64,000 bases of DNA, taken from the sequence record NC_031245.1, one strand, 5' to 3'. The position numbers and the translations under genes were made by a program. This document shows, one piece after another, positions 10,142 through 19,171 of the stretch; position 1 is the stretch's first letter, and each line of letters starts with the position of its first letter. The notes under the pieces are model-generated. The model was not told where the DNA came from, did no database searches, and saw only the letters and a program-made list of their open reading frames with translations.

Positions 10142-11209
10142 ATGGGAATTTATTACGTAGCTCGACATAAGTACCATGTGGATGCGATGTATCCTATTTG
10201 GGAAGGTACTGGTGGAGAGTGGATATTTGTACATCGAGAAGTTCACGGTTATAAAGGACTGGAACATTCTAAGAAGAAGTTCTCCGATCTTACTGAAAAG
10301 GATCTGGTAATAGCTAACTGTCCACTGCCTGAAGCATCCTCAGCTAAGTACAAGTTTGTCAGATTAGAGCTAATGCAACATAGTCCAGGTCAACGTACTA
10401 ATATGCGTGAACGTAAATGCGGTATGATTGATTACGGAATTGTGACAACTGACTCTAACTGGGACTTGGACTACGATCTATCACCTACGTACAAGCGTAT
10501 GCGTGATGAAGGTCGTATCTTCCAAGCAGGTGCGTGGTTCAAGAAGTACTACCTTGATAGAATGGAATCCAAGTCTGATGGCAATACAATTCTCCTAGCT
10601 CCAGCTTCATCAAATACTGCAGGAGGATTCTTGAATGTAGTTGGTGAACAAATTATTGAGAAGTTGTTATCTGAAGGGTACAAAGTCATCCTGATGCCTC
10701 ATGAACTTGACGTCTATAACTTACCTGGACGTGGAGTAATCGAGAGACTACGAGAAAGAATGGCTAATGGTGAACTCGAAGGACTAGAGCTACTAGACAG
10801 CAAGAATACTGGTATCGATAAGATCGAATATGCATTCACTAAATCCGATATATGTATCTCGGACTTCTCAGGTACGTCTTATGAGTTTGCGTATCTAAAT
10901 AAACCAGTTATCCATTTAAAGAATACATCAAAAGATAGGTGGAATCCTAAGTATAAACATGGTAACTACCACCATACAGTAGGTCCACTTGTGGATTTCG
11001 AGAAATGTAACTTCCTACCTACAGTTCAGTTTGCTATGACTGCTCCTGAAGAATTTATCCAAGTATCTAATGAAGAGTGGGATAGATTAGAAGCACTTCA
11101 CGATACAGTAGGATTAAGGGAAGTGGATCCGATCACACCTTCAATCAAGATTATCTTAGACTGCTATGACAGATTGCAACAAGGTAATCTACCTAAGAAG
11201 GATTATTAA
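10142..11209 (+). CDS. TagF-like (CDP-glycerol glycerophosphotransferase family) phosphotransferase
   Basis: TILLAPAS, VILMPHE, SDICISDFSGTSYEFAYLNKPVI match family motifs ILYAPTWR / LHP / DILITDYSS..FD..LxKP. Confidence 0.75.
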   Translation: MGIYYVARHKYHVDAMYPIWEGTGGEWIFVHREVHGYKGLEHSKKKFSDLTEKDLVIANCPLPEASSAKYKFVRLELMQHSPGQRTNMRERKCGMIDYGIVTTDSNWDLDYDLSPTYKRMRDEGRIFQAGAWFKKYYLDRMESKSDGNTILLAPASSNTAGGFLNVVGEQIIEKLLSEGYKVILMPHELDVYNLPGRGVIERLRERMANGELEGLELLDSKNTGIDKIEYAFTKSDICISDFSGTSYEFAYLNKPVIHLKNTSKDRWNPKYKHGNYHHTVGPLVDFEKCNFLPTVQFAMTAPEEFIQVSNEEWDRLEALHDTVGLREVDPITPSIKIILDCYDRLQQGNLPKKDY

Positions 11210-11215
11210 TTAGAA

Positions 11216-11244
11216 GCTGTATTAAGGTGTCATAGACGTTTATA
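11216..11244 (+). promoter_or_regulatory. phage-specific bipartite promoter motif
   Basis: GCTGTATT-N10-AGACGTTTATA. Confidence 0.8.
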
Positions 11245-11276
11245 GTCTTGAGGTTGTTAAACGAAGGAGGATACTT

Positions 11277-12428
11277 ATGAAAGTCGGAATTATCAACAAT
11301 ATGAATGTTCCAAAAGGTGGAACAGCTACTTATTTCAGAAACTATTTAATCCCATTGCTACTACATGCTGGAGCAGAGGTGACTTTCATTTCTTACAAGG
11401 GACTAGGGGATTACTGGAACGATAAACTTCCAGAAGACGTCAAAGTCCTGAACGTTAGTCATGAAAACTTTGATGAGCACATCGCTGAATTAAATGGATT
11501 AGACGTTATCCACACTGTAATCTTCCATTCTTATGTTGGTAAGAAAGGTGAACATATTGAACTATGGGACGATTTAACTAAGTTAAATGTACCTTTAGTA
11601 ACAACTGTCCATGCAGTTACACAATTAATGAGATGGTCTCATGACCCATCGGTACTAAACACTAAATCATTCTTAGCTCACCCTAACTTAGCTAAAGTTA
11701 TTCAGTTCCGTTATGGATATTACGACTTGCTGATGGGTAAATTTGCTAAGAAATATAAACCTGAATTCAAGTTACCTAACCGTGAGGATTACATAGTACA
11801 TCATCCATACGTAGGGTACGTGGATCGTAGTAACTTAATCCCTTGGGAAGAACGTCCAAATAACATTAGTTATGCAGGTAGATTCTCTGGAGCTAAACGA
11901 GGATACGTACTAATGGATTCATACGAATACATTAAGTCATTCGACAAAATGGTAGTTGCTACAAACTACGACGACTGTTCGCACTGGGATCGTATGAAAC
12001 TCAATACACTTATTGAGCAAGTAGGTGACAAGCTTGACTTGATCAAGGAGTTCGAACCTACTGATGTTCCTAAAATTGCTAATAAGGCTAAGTTCGTAGC
12101 ATTCCCAGTAGCTTGGGAAGATATTGAATTCCCTAACGAATGGATGTACCAAGAAATGGTATCATGCGGAGTGATTCCTATCACTACGGATAAGATGATC
12201 AAGCGTGTACCTGATGAGCTTAAGGACGTACTCGTATTAACTCACGCTCCTACAACTAAGCCAGTTGACTATGACGCTATCGTAGGTCAGTATTCTCAAG
12301 AGCAATTAAAAGAGATGTCTGATAAATTAGTGGACTATGCTAATCGCAACTGGCATGATATCGACTTAGCTTCTAAGCACCTAGTTGGTGTTTACGAACA
12401 AGCTATTGATAAAGGAGTGACCAAATAA
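11277..12428 (+). CDS. GT-B glycosyltransferase, phage DNA alpha-glucosyltransferase-like
   Basis: MKVGII..GGTATY, SYAGRFSGAKRG, EWMYQEMVSCGVIPI. Confidence 0.65.
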   Translation: MKVGIINNMNVPKGGTATYFRNYLIPLLLHAGAEVTFISYKGLGDYWNDKLPEDVKVLNVSHENFDEHIAELNGLDVIHTVIFHSYVGKKGEHIELWDDLTKLNVPLVTTVHAVTQLMRWSHDPSVLNTKSFLAHPNLAKVIQFRYGYYDLLMGKFAKKYKPEFKLPNREDYIVHHPYVGYVDRSNLIPWEERPNNISYAGRFSGAKRGYVLMDSYEYIKSFDKMVVATNYDDCSHWDRMKLNTLIEQVGDKLDLIKEFEPTDVPKIANKAKFVAFPVAWEDIEFPNEWMYQEMVSCGVIPITTDKMIKRVPDELKDVLVLTHAPTTKPVDYDAIVGQYSQEQLKEMSDKLVDYANRNWHDIDLASKHLVGVYEQAIDKGVTK

Positions 12429-13570
12429 TGAGAATCGGATTCTTAACTTTCCATAATGATTACTCTTCCAACAAAGTTGGAGGAGTAGTTTCTGGACCAC
12501 TTTACATGGTACAGAACTTACGTCAAGTAATTGGTGCTGAAGTAGACTTCTTAGTAGTTGCAGATTCTACTAAGAGAGGGAAAATAAGAAATAAAGCATA
12601 TGAGGAAGATGTTAGTTCATTCCTCGGATTCTTTGAAGGTACTAAGGATCACGAATCTGACGTAGAGCTACTCAATTCTTACGACCTACTCATGTTCATG
12701 ACTCCAGGTAAAACGTATGAGAAGTTCAAAGAAGAGAAAGTAGGTCAGTATAAGAAGGTTCTTGATAAGCTAACAGTTCCATTTGGATTCATAGTTAATG
12801 AAGAACGTGACCGTGATATGTATCTGTATTATACAGAGTTCACGGATCATCCTGGATGCAAGTACATTCTTTACAATTCTGAAGATATGGCTAAGGATTT
12901 CGAGGACTTCAATCAAGGTGGTAAGGTGGTAGCTGAGTTCCAGTTTATGACTCCACTCGAACCTCTAAATAAGATTCTTGAGAAAGCTAGCAATAAAACT
13001 TCCTCAGTAATCAATACAGGTCGTTGGGTTAATCGTAAGCGTATCGTGGAGTACGTAGAGCTTGCTCCTAAGTTCGCTGAAGTAGGAATTCAACCTTACT
13101 TAGCAGGAGCTAAACAGAATCCATTCTACTCTAAACAAGTAGACGAGATGCTAGAAACTCAGTACTTCCAAGATAAAACTTACCAAGATTACTTAACTTA
13201 TGTAGGAGCCTACAAACCTACTAAAGAAGAATTGGATGGACTGCTTGATGATAAGATGTTCCATTACAATTTCGTATTCCTACGTACTAAACGCAAGATG
13301 TATAATCGACTTGAGATAGCTACGATGGAAGCATTCAATAGAGGATGTCTACCAATCGTATGTTCAGAGACTTCACCTGACTGGGTTGAAGGAGCATTGA
13401 GCTTAAGTCGGGATCAACTCGAAGAGATTCCTTCTATAGTAGCAGGTATCTCCGATGCAGAAAGAATTGATAGACTTACTATATTCTACAAGTCTATTCG
13501 AGATAACGTCGAAGCTAAGTATAAAGATATCTTTAATAACTTGTTCGAGAGCTTAGGTATTAATAAATAA
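12428..13570 (+). CDS. GT-B glycosyltransferase, T4 AGT-like
   Basis: LLNSYDLLMF, YKKVLDKL, TGRWVNRK, RLEIATMEAFNRGCLPIV parallel T4 AGT motifs as recalled. Confidence 0.65.
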   Translation: MRIGFLTFHNDYSSNKVGGVVSGPLYMVQNLRQVIGAEVDFLVVADSTKRGKIRNKAYEEDVSSFLGFFEGTKDHESDVELLNSYDLLMFMTPGKTYEKFKEEKVGQYKKVLDKLTVPFGFIVNEERDRDMYLYYTEFTDHPGCKYILYNSEDMAKDFEDFNQGGKVVAEFQFMTPLEPLNKILEKASNKTSSVINTGRWVNRKRIVEYVELAPKFAEVGIQPYLAGAKQNPFYSKQVDEMLETQYFQDKTYQDYLTYVGAYKPTKEELDGLLDDKMFHYNFVFLRTKRKMYNRLEIATMEAFNRGCLPIVCSETSPDWVEGALSLSRDQLEEIPSIVAGISDAERIDRLTIFYKSIRDNVEAKYKDIFNNLFESLGINK

Positions 13571-13574
13571 GGGT

Positions 13575-13976
13575 GTGACTCAATTGACCAGACTATCAAG
13601 AAATAACAGCGAGACACGAGAAATGATCAAGTCCTTGTCAACATTGACAGGACTTGACCCTAAGGCTATTGAAACTGTATTAGTTGCACAAGAATTATAC
13701 ATTCAGCATCAGGTGTATTTGAAATACAAAGCTAATCCTGAAGAACCACCTGAGATTGAATTGCCTTACTTGGGGTCACTCAAGATGTTCCCAATCAATT
13801 ATAAGAACCGTAGTGATGTAACAGACAATGCTGCTGCAAGAGTAAAGTTCTACCCTGAGAATCAATTTAAGCGTAGGTTACGTAAATCGATGTATCAGGA
13901 GAAGAACTTCTTGATAGAGCATTCACTCGAATCCTTCAAGGATCATTTTGTCCAGAAATTCAAATCACTCATTTAA
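13575..13976 (+). CDS. HU/IHF-like DNA-binding protein
   Basis: MIKSLSTLTGLDPKAIETVL..EIELPYLGSLK pattern. Confidence 0.55.
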   Translation: MTQLTRLSRNNSETREMIKSLSTLTGLDPKAIETVLVAQELYIQHQVYLKYKANPEEPPEIELPYLGSLKMFPINYKNRSDVTDNAAARVKFYPENQFKRRLRKSMYQEKNFLIEHSLESFKDHFVQKFKSLI

Positions 13977-13989
13977 GGAGCTATCGTTT

Positions 13990-15420
13990 ATGTCTATAGT
14001 TAGAATGTATGATATACGAGGTATTTATGGTAAGGAGTTAACTGATGACTACGCCTATAACTTAGGTATTCGCCTAGTTAACTACCTTAATTCTGTATCA
14101 CAAAGTCCGACACTAGAAGTATTAGTTGGGTACGATGCACGTCGCAGTAGTCCAGCTCTGCATGATAAATTGGTAGAAGCTATTAGTAAGGCAGGAGCTA
14201 ACGTAGTCTCTGTAGGTATGACTACATCAGGAGTTATCTCTACTCTTGATAAAATGGAGAAACCTGACGCTTCGGTTATGATTACTGCTAGCCATAATCC
14301 TCCTGAATATAATGGATTTAAGATAATTGTTAATGGTCAAGCTCTCTATGGAGACCTATTAGCAGAAGTTGCTAATTACTCAGATATAGTTTTCTCAGGA
14401 GTAGATAGAGGATCAATCGGTAGCTACCCTGAGCTCATCAATAACTTGTACGTACCTGCTATCGTACGTGAATTCAAAAATAGACAGTCTGAAATCGATA
14501 TAATCAATACTTTGGAGTTAGCTATTGACTGTGCTAACGGCTCTGCAGGACCAGTACTTCAAGATGTACTCGACCGACTGGGTCTCAATATAGAGCTTAC
14601 CCTTAAGGAACCTGACGGGTCATTTCCAGTTCATCCACCAGATCCTAGTAAAGAGGATAACTGGGTTCATATTAAATCCCATTACCTAGATACTAAAATG
14701 CTGTTCATGATTGATGGTGATGGTGATCGTGTAGGTGTCATGACTAATGAAGGGACTTTGCTAAAAGGAGATAAAGTACTTTCTATCATAGCTGAGGCAA
14801 GCTCCTCACGTGCAATGGACAATACGATTCTCCTTGATGTTAAGTCCTCCGAGCTAGTTCGTGAGCATATTAAGTCATTAGGCTATCGTGTTAGGTACCA
14901 TCAAACAGGTCATTCCTTGATCAAGAAGTCAATGAATGGTGACAAATTGATAGCAATGGCTGGAGAAGAGTCAGGTCATCTCTATATTAGAGATGAGTTC
15001 TTTGGAGTGGATGATGCAGTCTATAACCTCCTAAGATTCCTATTTGATTCAGTTAAGTTAGGTGCTCATGCTAATCTGGAGTCCTACCTAAACTCAAGGA
15101 TGCCACGAACTTATACTCTTAGTCTTAAGTTTAATGTTTCAGATAACTTAAAGCCTAAGGTAATGGAGAGAGTTGCTCAAAAGGTAGTAGACTACGCTGA
15201 AAGTCTAGCAGGTGAAGTTATAACGATTGATGGAGTTAGAGCTAACTTCCATGAAGGGTGGTTCATCTTACGTCAATCAAATACCGAACCTTATATTGGA
15301 GCTAACATTGAGACTTATGAAGAGGATAAACTAGGTGATATCCGAAAGGTTCTATCAGATCTAGTAACTGAAGCTATTGCCAAGGAGGAAGAATTAAGTG
15401 GTCCAGTTAAATCCAAGTAA
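13990..15420 (+). CDS. phosphoglucomutase/phosphomannomutase
   Basis: YDIRG, ITASHNPPEYNGFK phosphoserine loop, DGDGDR metal loop, GEESGH, FILRQSNTEP; ATG 13990. Confidence 0.95.
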   Translation: MSIVRMYDIRGIYGKELTDDYAYNLGIRLVNYLNSVSQSPTLEVLVGYDARRSSPALHDKLVEAISKAGANVVSVGMTTSGVISTLDKMEKPDASVMITASHNPPEYNGFKIIVNGQALYGDLLAEVANYSDIVFSGVDRGSIGSYPELINNLYVPAIVREFKNRQSEIDIINTLELAIDCANGSAGPVLQDVLDRLGLNIELTLKEPDGSFPVHPPDPSKEDNWVHIKSHYLDTKMLFMIDGDGDRVGVMTNEGTLLKGDKVLSIIAEASSSRAMDNTILLDVKSSELVREHIKSLGYRVRYHQTGHSLIKKSMNGDKLIAMAGEESGHLYIRDEFFGVDDAVYNLLRFLFDSVKLGAHANLESYLNSRMPRTYTLSLKFNVSDNLKPKVMERVAQKVVDYAESLAGEVITIDGVRANFHEGWFILRQSNTEPYIGANIETYEEDKLGDIRKVLSDLVTEAIAKEEELSGPVKSK

Positions 15421-15712
15421 TTTTAATGAAGTTGTTGAGTCAGGGAAAGTCCTAGCAGTAAAATTCGGAGCACCATGGTGCGGTACTTGTAAGTCACTTG
15501 AAGCTCAATTAGATCAAATCATCGAGTCTGATAAGTACCAAGTTGCTGAAGTAAATGTAGAAGAGTCTGCAGATATTGCTGCTCAATACGGAATTATGAG
15601 TATTCCAGCATTACTATTTTTCAAGGATGGTCAGAAAGTGGATGAAGCATCCTTCGTAGGATTTCGTCCAGCTGAGTACATTCAGGAGACTCTTGACTCT
15701 CTATCCAAGTAA
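15398..15712 (+). CDS. trxA: thioredoxin
   Basis: FGAPWCGTCK, YGIMSIPALLFFKDG. Confidence 0.92.
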   Translation: MVQLNPSNFNEVVESGKVLAVKFGAPWCGTCKSLEAQLDQIIESDKYQVAEVNVEESADIAAQYGIMSIPALLFFKDGQKVDEASFVGFRPAEYIQETLDSLSK

Positions 15713-15717
15713 GCCAG

Positions 15718-15754
15718 ATGACCTAGGTAATTATACCTAGGTCATTTTTATTTT
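15718..15754 (+). terminator. intrinsic terminator
   Basis: 12-bp stem ATGACCTAGGTA/TACCTAGGTCAT then TTTTATTTT. Confidence 0.85.
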
Positions 15755-15756
15755 AA

Positions 15757-15785
15757 GCTCGAATCAACCTCCTCGAACGTTTATA
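15757..15785 (+). promoter_or_regulatory. phage-specific bipartite promoter motif
   Basis: GCTCGAAT-N10-GAACGTTTATA. Confidence 0.8.
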
Positions 15786-15844
15786 TTGTTGAGGTGGTGA
15801 TCGAGTTGATCTACATTGAGAAACGTTAAATATGTTGGAGGTAG

Positions 15845-15873
15845 GCTCTAATTAACGAGTTGAAACGTTTATA
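15845..15873 (+). promoter_or_regulatory. phage-specific bipartite promoter motif
   Basis: GCTCTAAT-N10-AAACGTTTATA. Confidence 0.8.
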
Positions 15874-15927
15874 CTGGTGAATGGTGTTGAAGCGTATGAC
15901 ACGTTCGATCAGAACGGAGGGATTGTG

Positions 15928-16635
15928 TTGAGTCGAGTTGGGTACATCTATAAAATAAGCAACAGTGTAGACTCAATGGTGTATATTGGAAGTACAGTGA
16001 AAGATGTAGAGACAAGAATGTACAAAGGAGCTTATTGCCATGCGGGATTAGCTCGTAGAGGTGATAAAAGACCTCTCTATATAGCTATGAGAAATTTAGG
16101 TATTGACAATTTCAAAATCGAGGTATTAGAGGAATTTGAATATGAAGATCCTAAAGAACTTAGAGCTAGAGAGCGAGACATCATTCAGGAGTATGTGGAT
16201 AAATTAGGAGCAGGTAAACTGTATAACATTTACAAAGAGGGATTTACTCTAGGATTCCATACAGAAGAATCACGTAGGAAGTGCAAGGAAGCCATTAATA
16301 CTCCTGAAGTTTTAGATAAGATCAAGAATACACAGTATAGGAGGTACGGATCTTACGGATTTCATACAGCTAAGTCAATTAAAAAGATGAGGATGTCCAA
16401 ATCTTGGTTTGTAGAATATGAAGGTCAAATCTTCATAGGACTTAGACCTCTAGAGTCGTACCTAAAAGATCAAGGGTACGTATGTTCTCGTAAGACCCTT
16501 ACCAATATAATTAATAATAGAGTGGATAAGCTGACTCCTCGACATCGAGGCATGATCGGTAAAGTTCGAATACTTACTGAGCAGGAGAAACTCGACTATA
16601 TTGAGAAGTTAGAGAAGGAGAGTGGTAATGCATGA
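15928..16635 (+). CDS. free-standing GIY-YIG homing endonuclease
   Basis: GYIYKI..VYIGST, GIDNFKIEVLE, catalytic-type R and E; TTG 15928 after GGAGG. Confidence 0.88.
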   Translation: MSRVGYIYKISNSVDSMVYIGSTVKDVETRMYKGAYCHAGLARRGDKRPLYIAMRNLGIDNFKIEVLEEFEYEDPKELRARERDIIQEYVDKLGAGKLYNIYKEGFTLGFHTEESRRKCKEAINTPEVLDKIKNTQYRRYGSYGFHTAKSIKKMRMSKSWFVEYEGQIFIGLRPLESYLKDQGYVCSRKTLTNIINNRVDKLTPRHRGMIGKVRILTEQEKLDYIEKLEKESGNA

Positions 16636-18668
16636 CTACAGTGATTGATATACTAGCAAATGGAGGACTAATGTCTAAGTTCTTCGACAATTATGAACAA
16701 CGTCCTCAACAGATTCAGATGGCTAAATATGTAGATAAAGCTATCGAGGATGGAGAAACTCTTTTAGTACAAGCTGCAACAGGTACTGGTAAAAGTTTAG
16801 CGTATCTCATTCCAGCAATTCTAAGTGGTAAGAAATTCGTAGTATCCACAGCTACGAAAGCACTACAGCATCAATTGCTAGATAAGGATATTCCATTACT
16901 AGAAGAAGTGTTTAGAGGTTTAGGTAAGCCATTCAAAGCTAGACTATTTAAAGGTCGGAGTAACTACATATCCAGACGTAGATTCAAGGAGTACCTCAGT
17001 GAAACTAATAAGCCTGGAGAATTGAGAAGTTTCGACTCGACTATGGCTCAATGGGAAGGTACAACATTCGATGGTGATTTTGAAGAACTAAAATTCAAAC
17101 TACCTCACGACTACAAGAAAGAAGTCAGATCAGATACTGACGATTGTCAAGGTAGAGGTTGTCCTCTATATAGTAGTTGTTTTTATTATAAAGCTAAAGG
17201 TAAGATACAAGAAGCTGATATCATCATAGTTAACCACGACTTATTAGCAGTCGATATAGTTATGAAGAATAATGGAGCTCCAGGTATTCTACCTTCTTAC
17301 GACGGAATCATATTGGACGAGGCTCATCGCTTTGAGGATACCGTAGGTAAATACCTTGGATTCAAGATAAATAAGTTTTCTTTTTCTAATTTAACTGCTA
17401 TGGTTACTCGAGTCATCAAAGAAGAAAAGAGTTATTTCACAGAAAATGCTGACGACAAGGAATACTTAAAACAAGTAACGAGTCAAATATTCCAGTCAGC
17501 TTCAGAGTTCTTCGGAGGATTCGTACCTGCAGATAATAAAAATAGTCGACTTAGACTTAAACCTAAATCTATTACCGAATATATCAAGACTAAGTACTCA
17601 GGATTGTTATCGCAACTAGACGTACTTGATTCATTCTTACAGAGACTACCTGGTAGTACTGAGGAAGCAGCTACTGCACTAGACGGTGCAACTCAAAGAA
17701 TAATGCACTTGAAACAAAGACTAGATACAGTTATAAGATTAAGTGAATATTACGATACGTTTGTATTTTGGTTAGAGATTGACAAGAACGTATCAATCCA
17801 TTGTGCTCCTATTGATGTATCACCTTACCTGAAGAAGTGGTTATTCGATAGACCTCCACTAGAAGAAATCCAAGCTATGGAGAAAATGGACAATGAGACA
17901 TACTTGAAAACTGTAATTATGACATCCGCTACGATGGCAACTAATCGATCCTTCTCGTTCATGAAGCAGAGAATGGGAATCGATCACGCACTAGAACTTA
18001 TTTGTTCAGACGTATTTAACTACAAGGAGCAATCTCTGATCTACGTTCCACCTAATGCTGTAGAAGGTACGTCTAAACAATTCTCAGAAGTGATGGCGGG
18101 TAATGTATTACAAGTCCTTCAGGCATCTCAAGGTAGAGCATTTGTCCTGTTCACTTCTTACTATGAACTTAAGAGGGTACTTGAAATGGTGAGAAATTAT
18201 ATTCCATACACAGTACTAGTTCAAGGTGATATGCCTAAGGGTCAATTAGTCGAGAGATTCAGACAAGATAAGCATTCAGTTCTATTCGCAACTTCCTCAT
18301 TCTGGGAAGGTGTAGATATTAGAGGTGAGGAATTGAGTTGTGTAATTATCGACAAGATACCTTTCCCTCAAGTTGGTGATCCAGTTGTAGAGGCTAAAGT
18401 GGATTACTTGAAACGTCAAGGTAAGGACTGGTTCAATGACTTCTACGTTCCTCATGGAATTATATCTCTAGTCCAAGGATTCGGTCGACTGATTAGGTCT
18501 ATGGACGACTCTGGAGTAGTTGCTATAATGGATAATCGATTGATTATCAAGAACTATGGAGCTAAATTCATCAGGAGCTTACCTGAGGTATATCGTACCC
18601 AAGACATCAATATGGTGGCTCAATTCTATGCATACCAAGATGCAAAAAGACAAGGTAGGTTAGGATAA
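16632..18668 (+). CDS. dinG: DinG/YoaA-family ATP-dependent helicase
   Basis: EQRPQQ Q-motif, AATGTGKS, DEAH, TSAT, LVLFTSY-like, SFWEGVD, QGFGRLIR; Cys cluster DCQGRGCPLYSSCFY. Confidence 0.93.
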   Translation: MTTVIDILANGGLMSKFFDNYEQRPQQIQMAKYVDKAIEDGETLLVQAATGTGKSLAYLIPAILSGKKFVVSTATKALQHQLLDKDIPLLEEVFRGLGKPFKARLFKGRSNYISRRRFKEYLSETNKPGELRSFDSTMAQWEGTTFDGDFEELKFKLPHDYKKEVRSDTDDCQGRGCPLYSSCFYYKAKGKIQEADIIIVNHDLLAVDIVMKNNGAPGILPSYDGIILDEAHRFEDTVGKYLGFKINKFSFSNLTAMVTRVIKEEKSYFTENADDKEYLKQVTSQIFQSASEFFGGFVPADNKNSRLRLKPKSITEYIKTKYSGLLSQLDVLDSFLQRLPGSTEEAATALDGATQRIMHLKQRLDTVIRLSEYYDTFVFWLEIDKNVSIHCAPIDVSPYLKKWLFDRPPLEEIQAMEKMDNETYLKTVIMTSATMATNRSFSFMKQRMGIDHALELICSDVFNYKEQSLIYVPPNAVEGTSKQFSEVMAGNVLQVLQASQGRAFVLFTSYYELKRVLEMVRNYIPYTVLVQGDMPKGQLVERFRQDKHSVLFATSSFWEGVDIRGEELSCVIIDKIPFPQVGDPVVEAKVDYLKRQGKDWFNDFYVPHGIISLVQGFGRLIRSMDDSGVVAIMDNRLIIKNYGAKFIRSLPEVYRTQDINMVAQFYAYQDAKRQGRLG

Positions 18669-18685
18669 ATTTACCTCCCTTCTTG

Positions 18686-18714
18686 GCTCGATTCAAGTTC
18701 AAAGAACGTCTATA
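18686..18714 (+). promoter_or_regulatory. phage-specific bipartite promoter motif
   Basis: GCTCGATT-N10-GAACGTCTATA. Confidence 0.8.
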
Positions 18715-18802
18715 TCTTTAAGGAGGTGATATGCCCATAGAATGTTAATGGTGCTTTGTGCACGTAATGATACTCAAGTAGCTCCAAGGGAGGAGACTAA
18801 AG

Positions 18803-19066
18803 ATGTTCAACTGGGATATTACTACAGGCTATGTAATCCTTGGGATCATAGGTGGTGCGGTTATAGTATCTAGTTTCATAGATCGGGTACTTATCCGCAA
18901 TGGACGTGAGGCATATGTGCCAGTAGTTAATCGAATACTCAAATTAGGTGTAATTGGAGTATGTGGTTATGTAGGTCTAAGTTTTCTAAACTTAGTATCT
19001 GATATGACTGGATTGTCTTTACCTTACGTCAAAGAAGTTCTTAGATTCATCCATGGTTTAGTCTAA
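18803..19066 (+). CDS. small two-TM membrane protein
   Basis: two hydrophobic segments; GGGAGGAG RBS. Confidence 0.8.
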   Translation: MFNWDITTGYVILGIIGGAVIVSSFIDRVLIRNGREAYVPVVNRILKLGVIGVCGYVGLSFLNLVSDMTGLSLPYVKEVLRFIHGLV

Positions 19067-19171
19067 AATCATACCAAGGACACTTATACCAGTGATCGCA
19101 ATTTAACTGTACCAGTGTACGACGTACGTCCTTGATCACCTAAGTTCAATCAATCGGGAGGTTAGAGGAGT

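Noticed and set aside
10708-10718. Additional promoter copy TGACGTCTATA
   Set aside because: Mid-CDS, and lacks both the upstream GCT box at 10-nt spacing and the downstream TGAAG box.
5379-15420. Bacterial capsule/EPS locus on a chromosome
   Set aside because: No flippase, polymerase or export genes; it is interrupted by a homing endonuclease, uses phage-type promoters and sits in a phage gene context.
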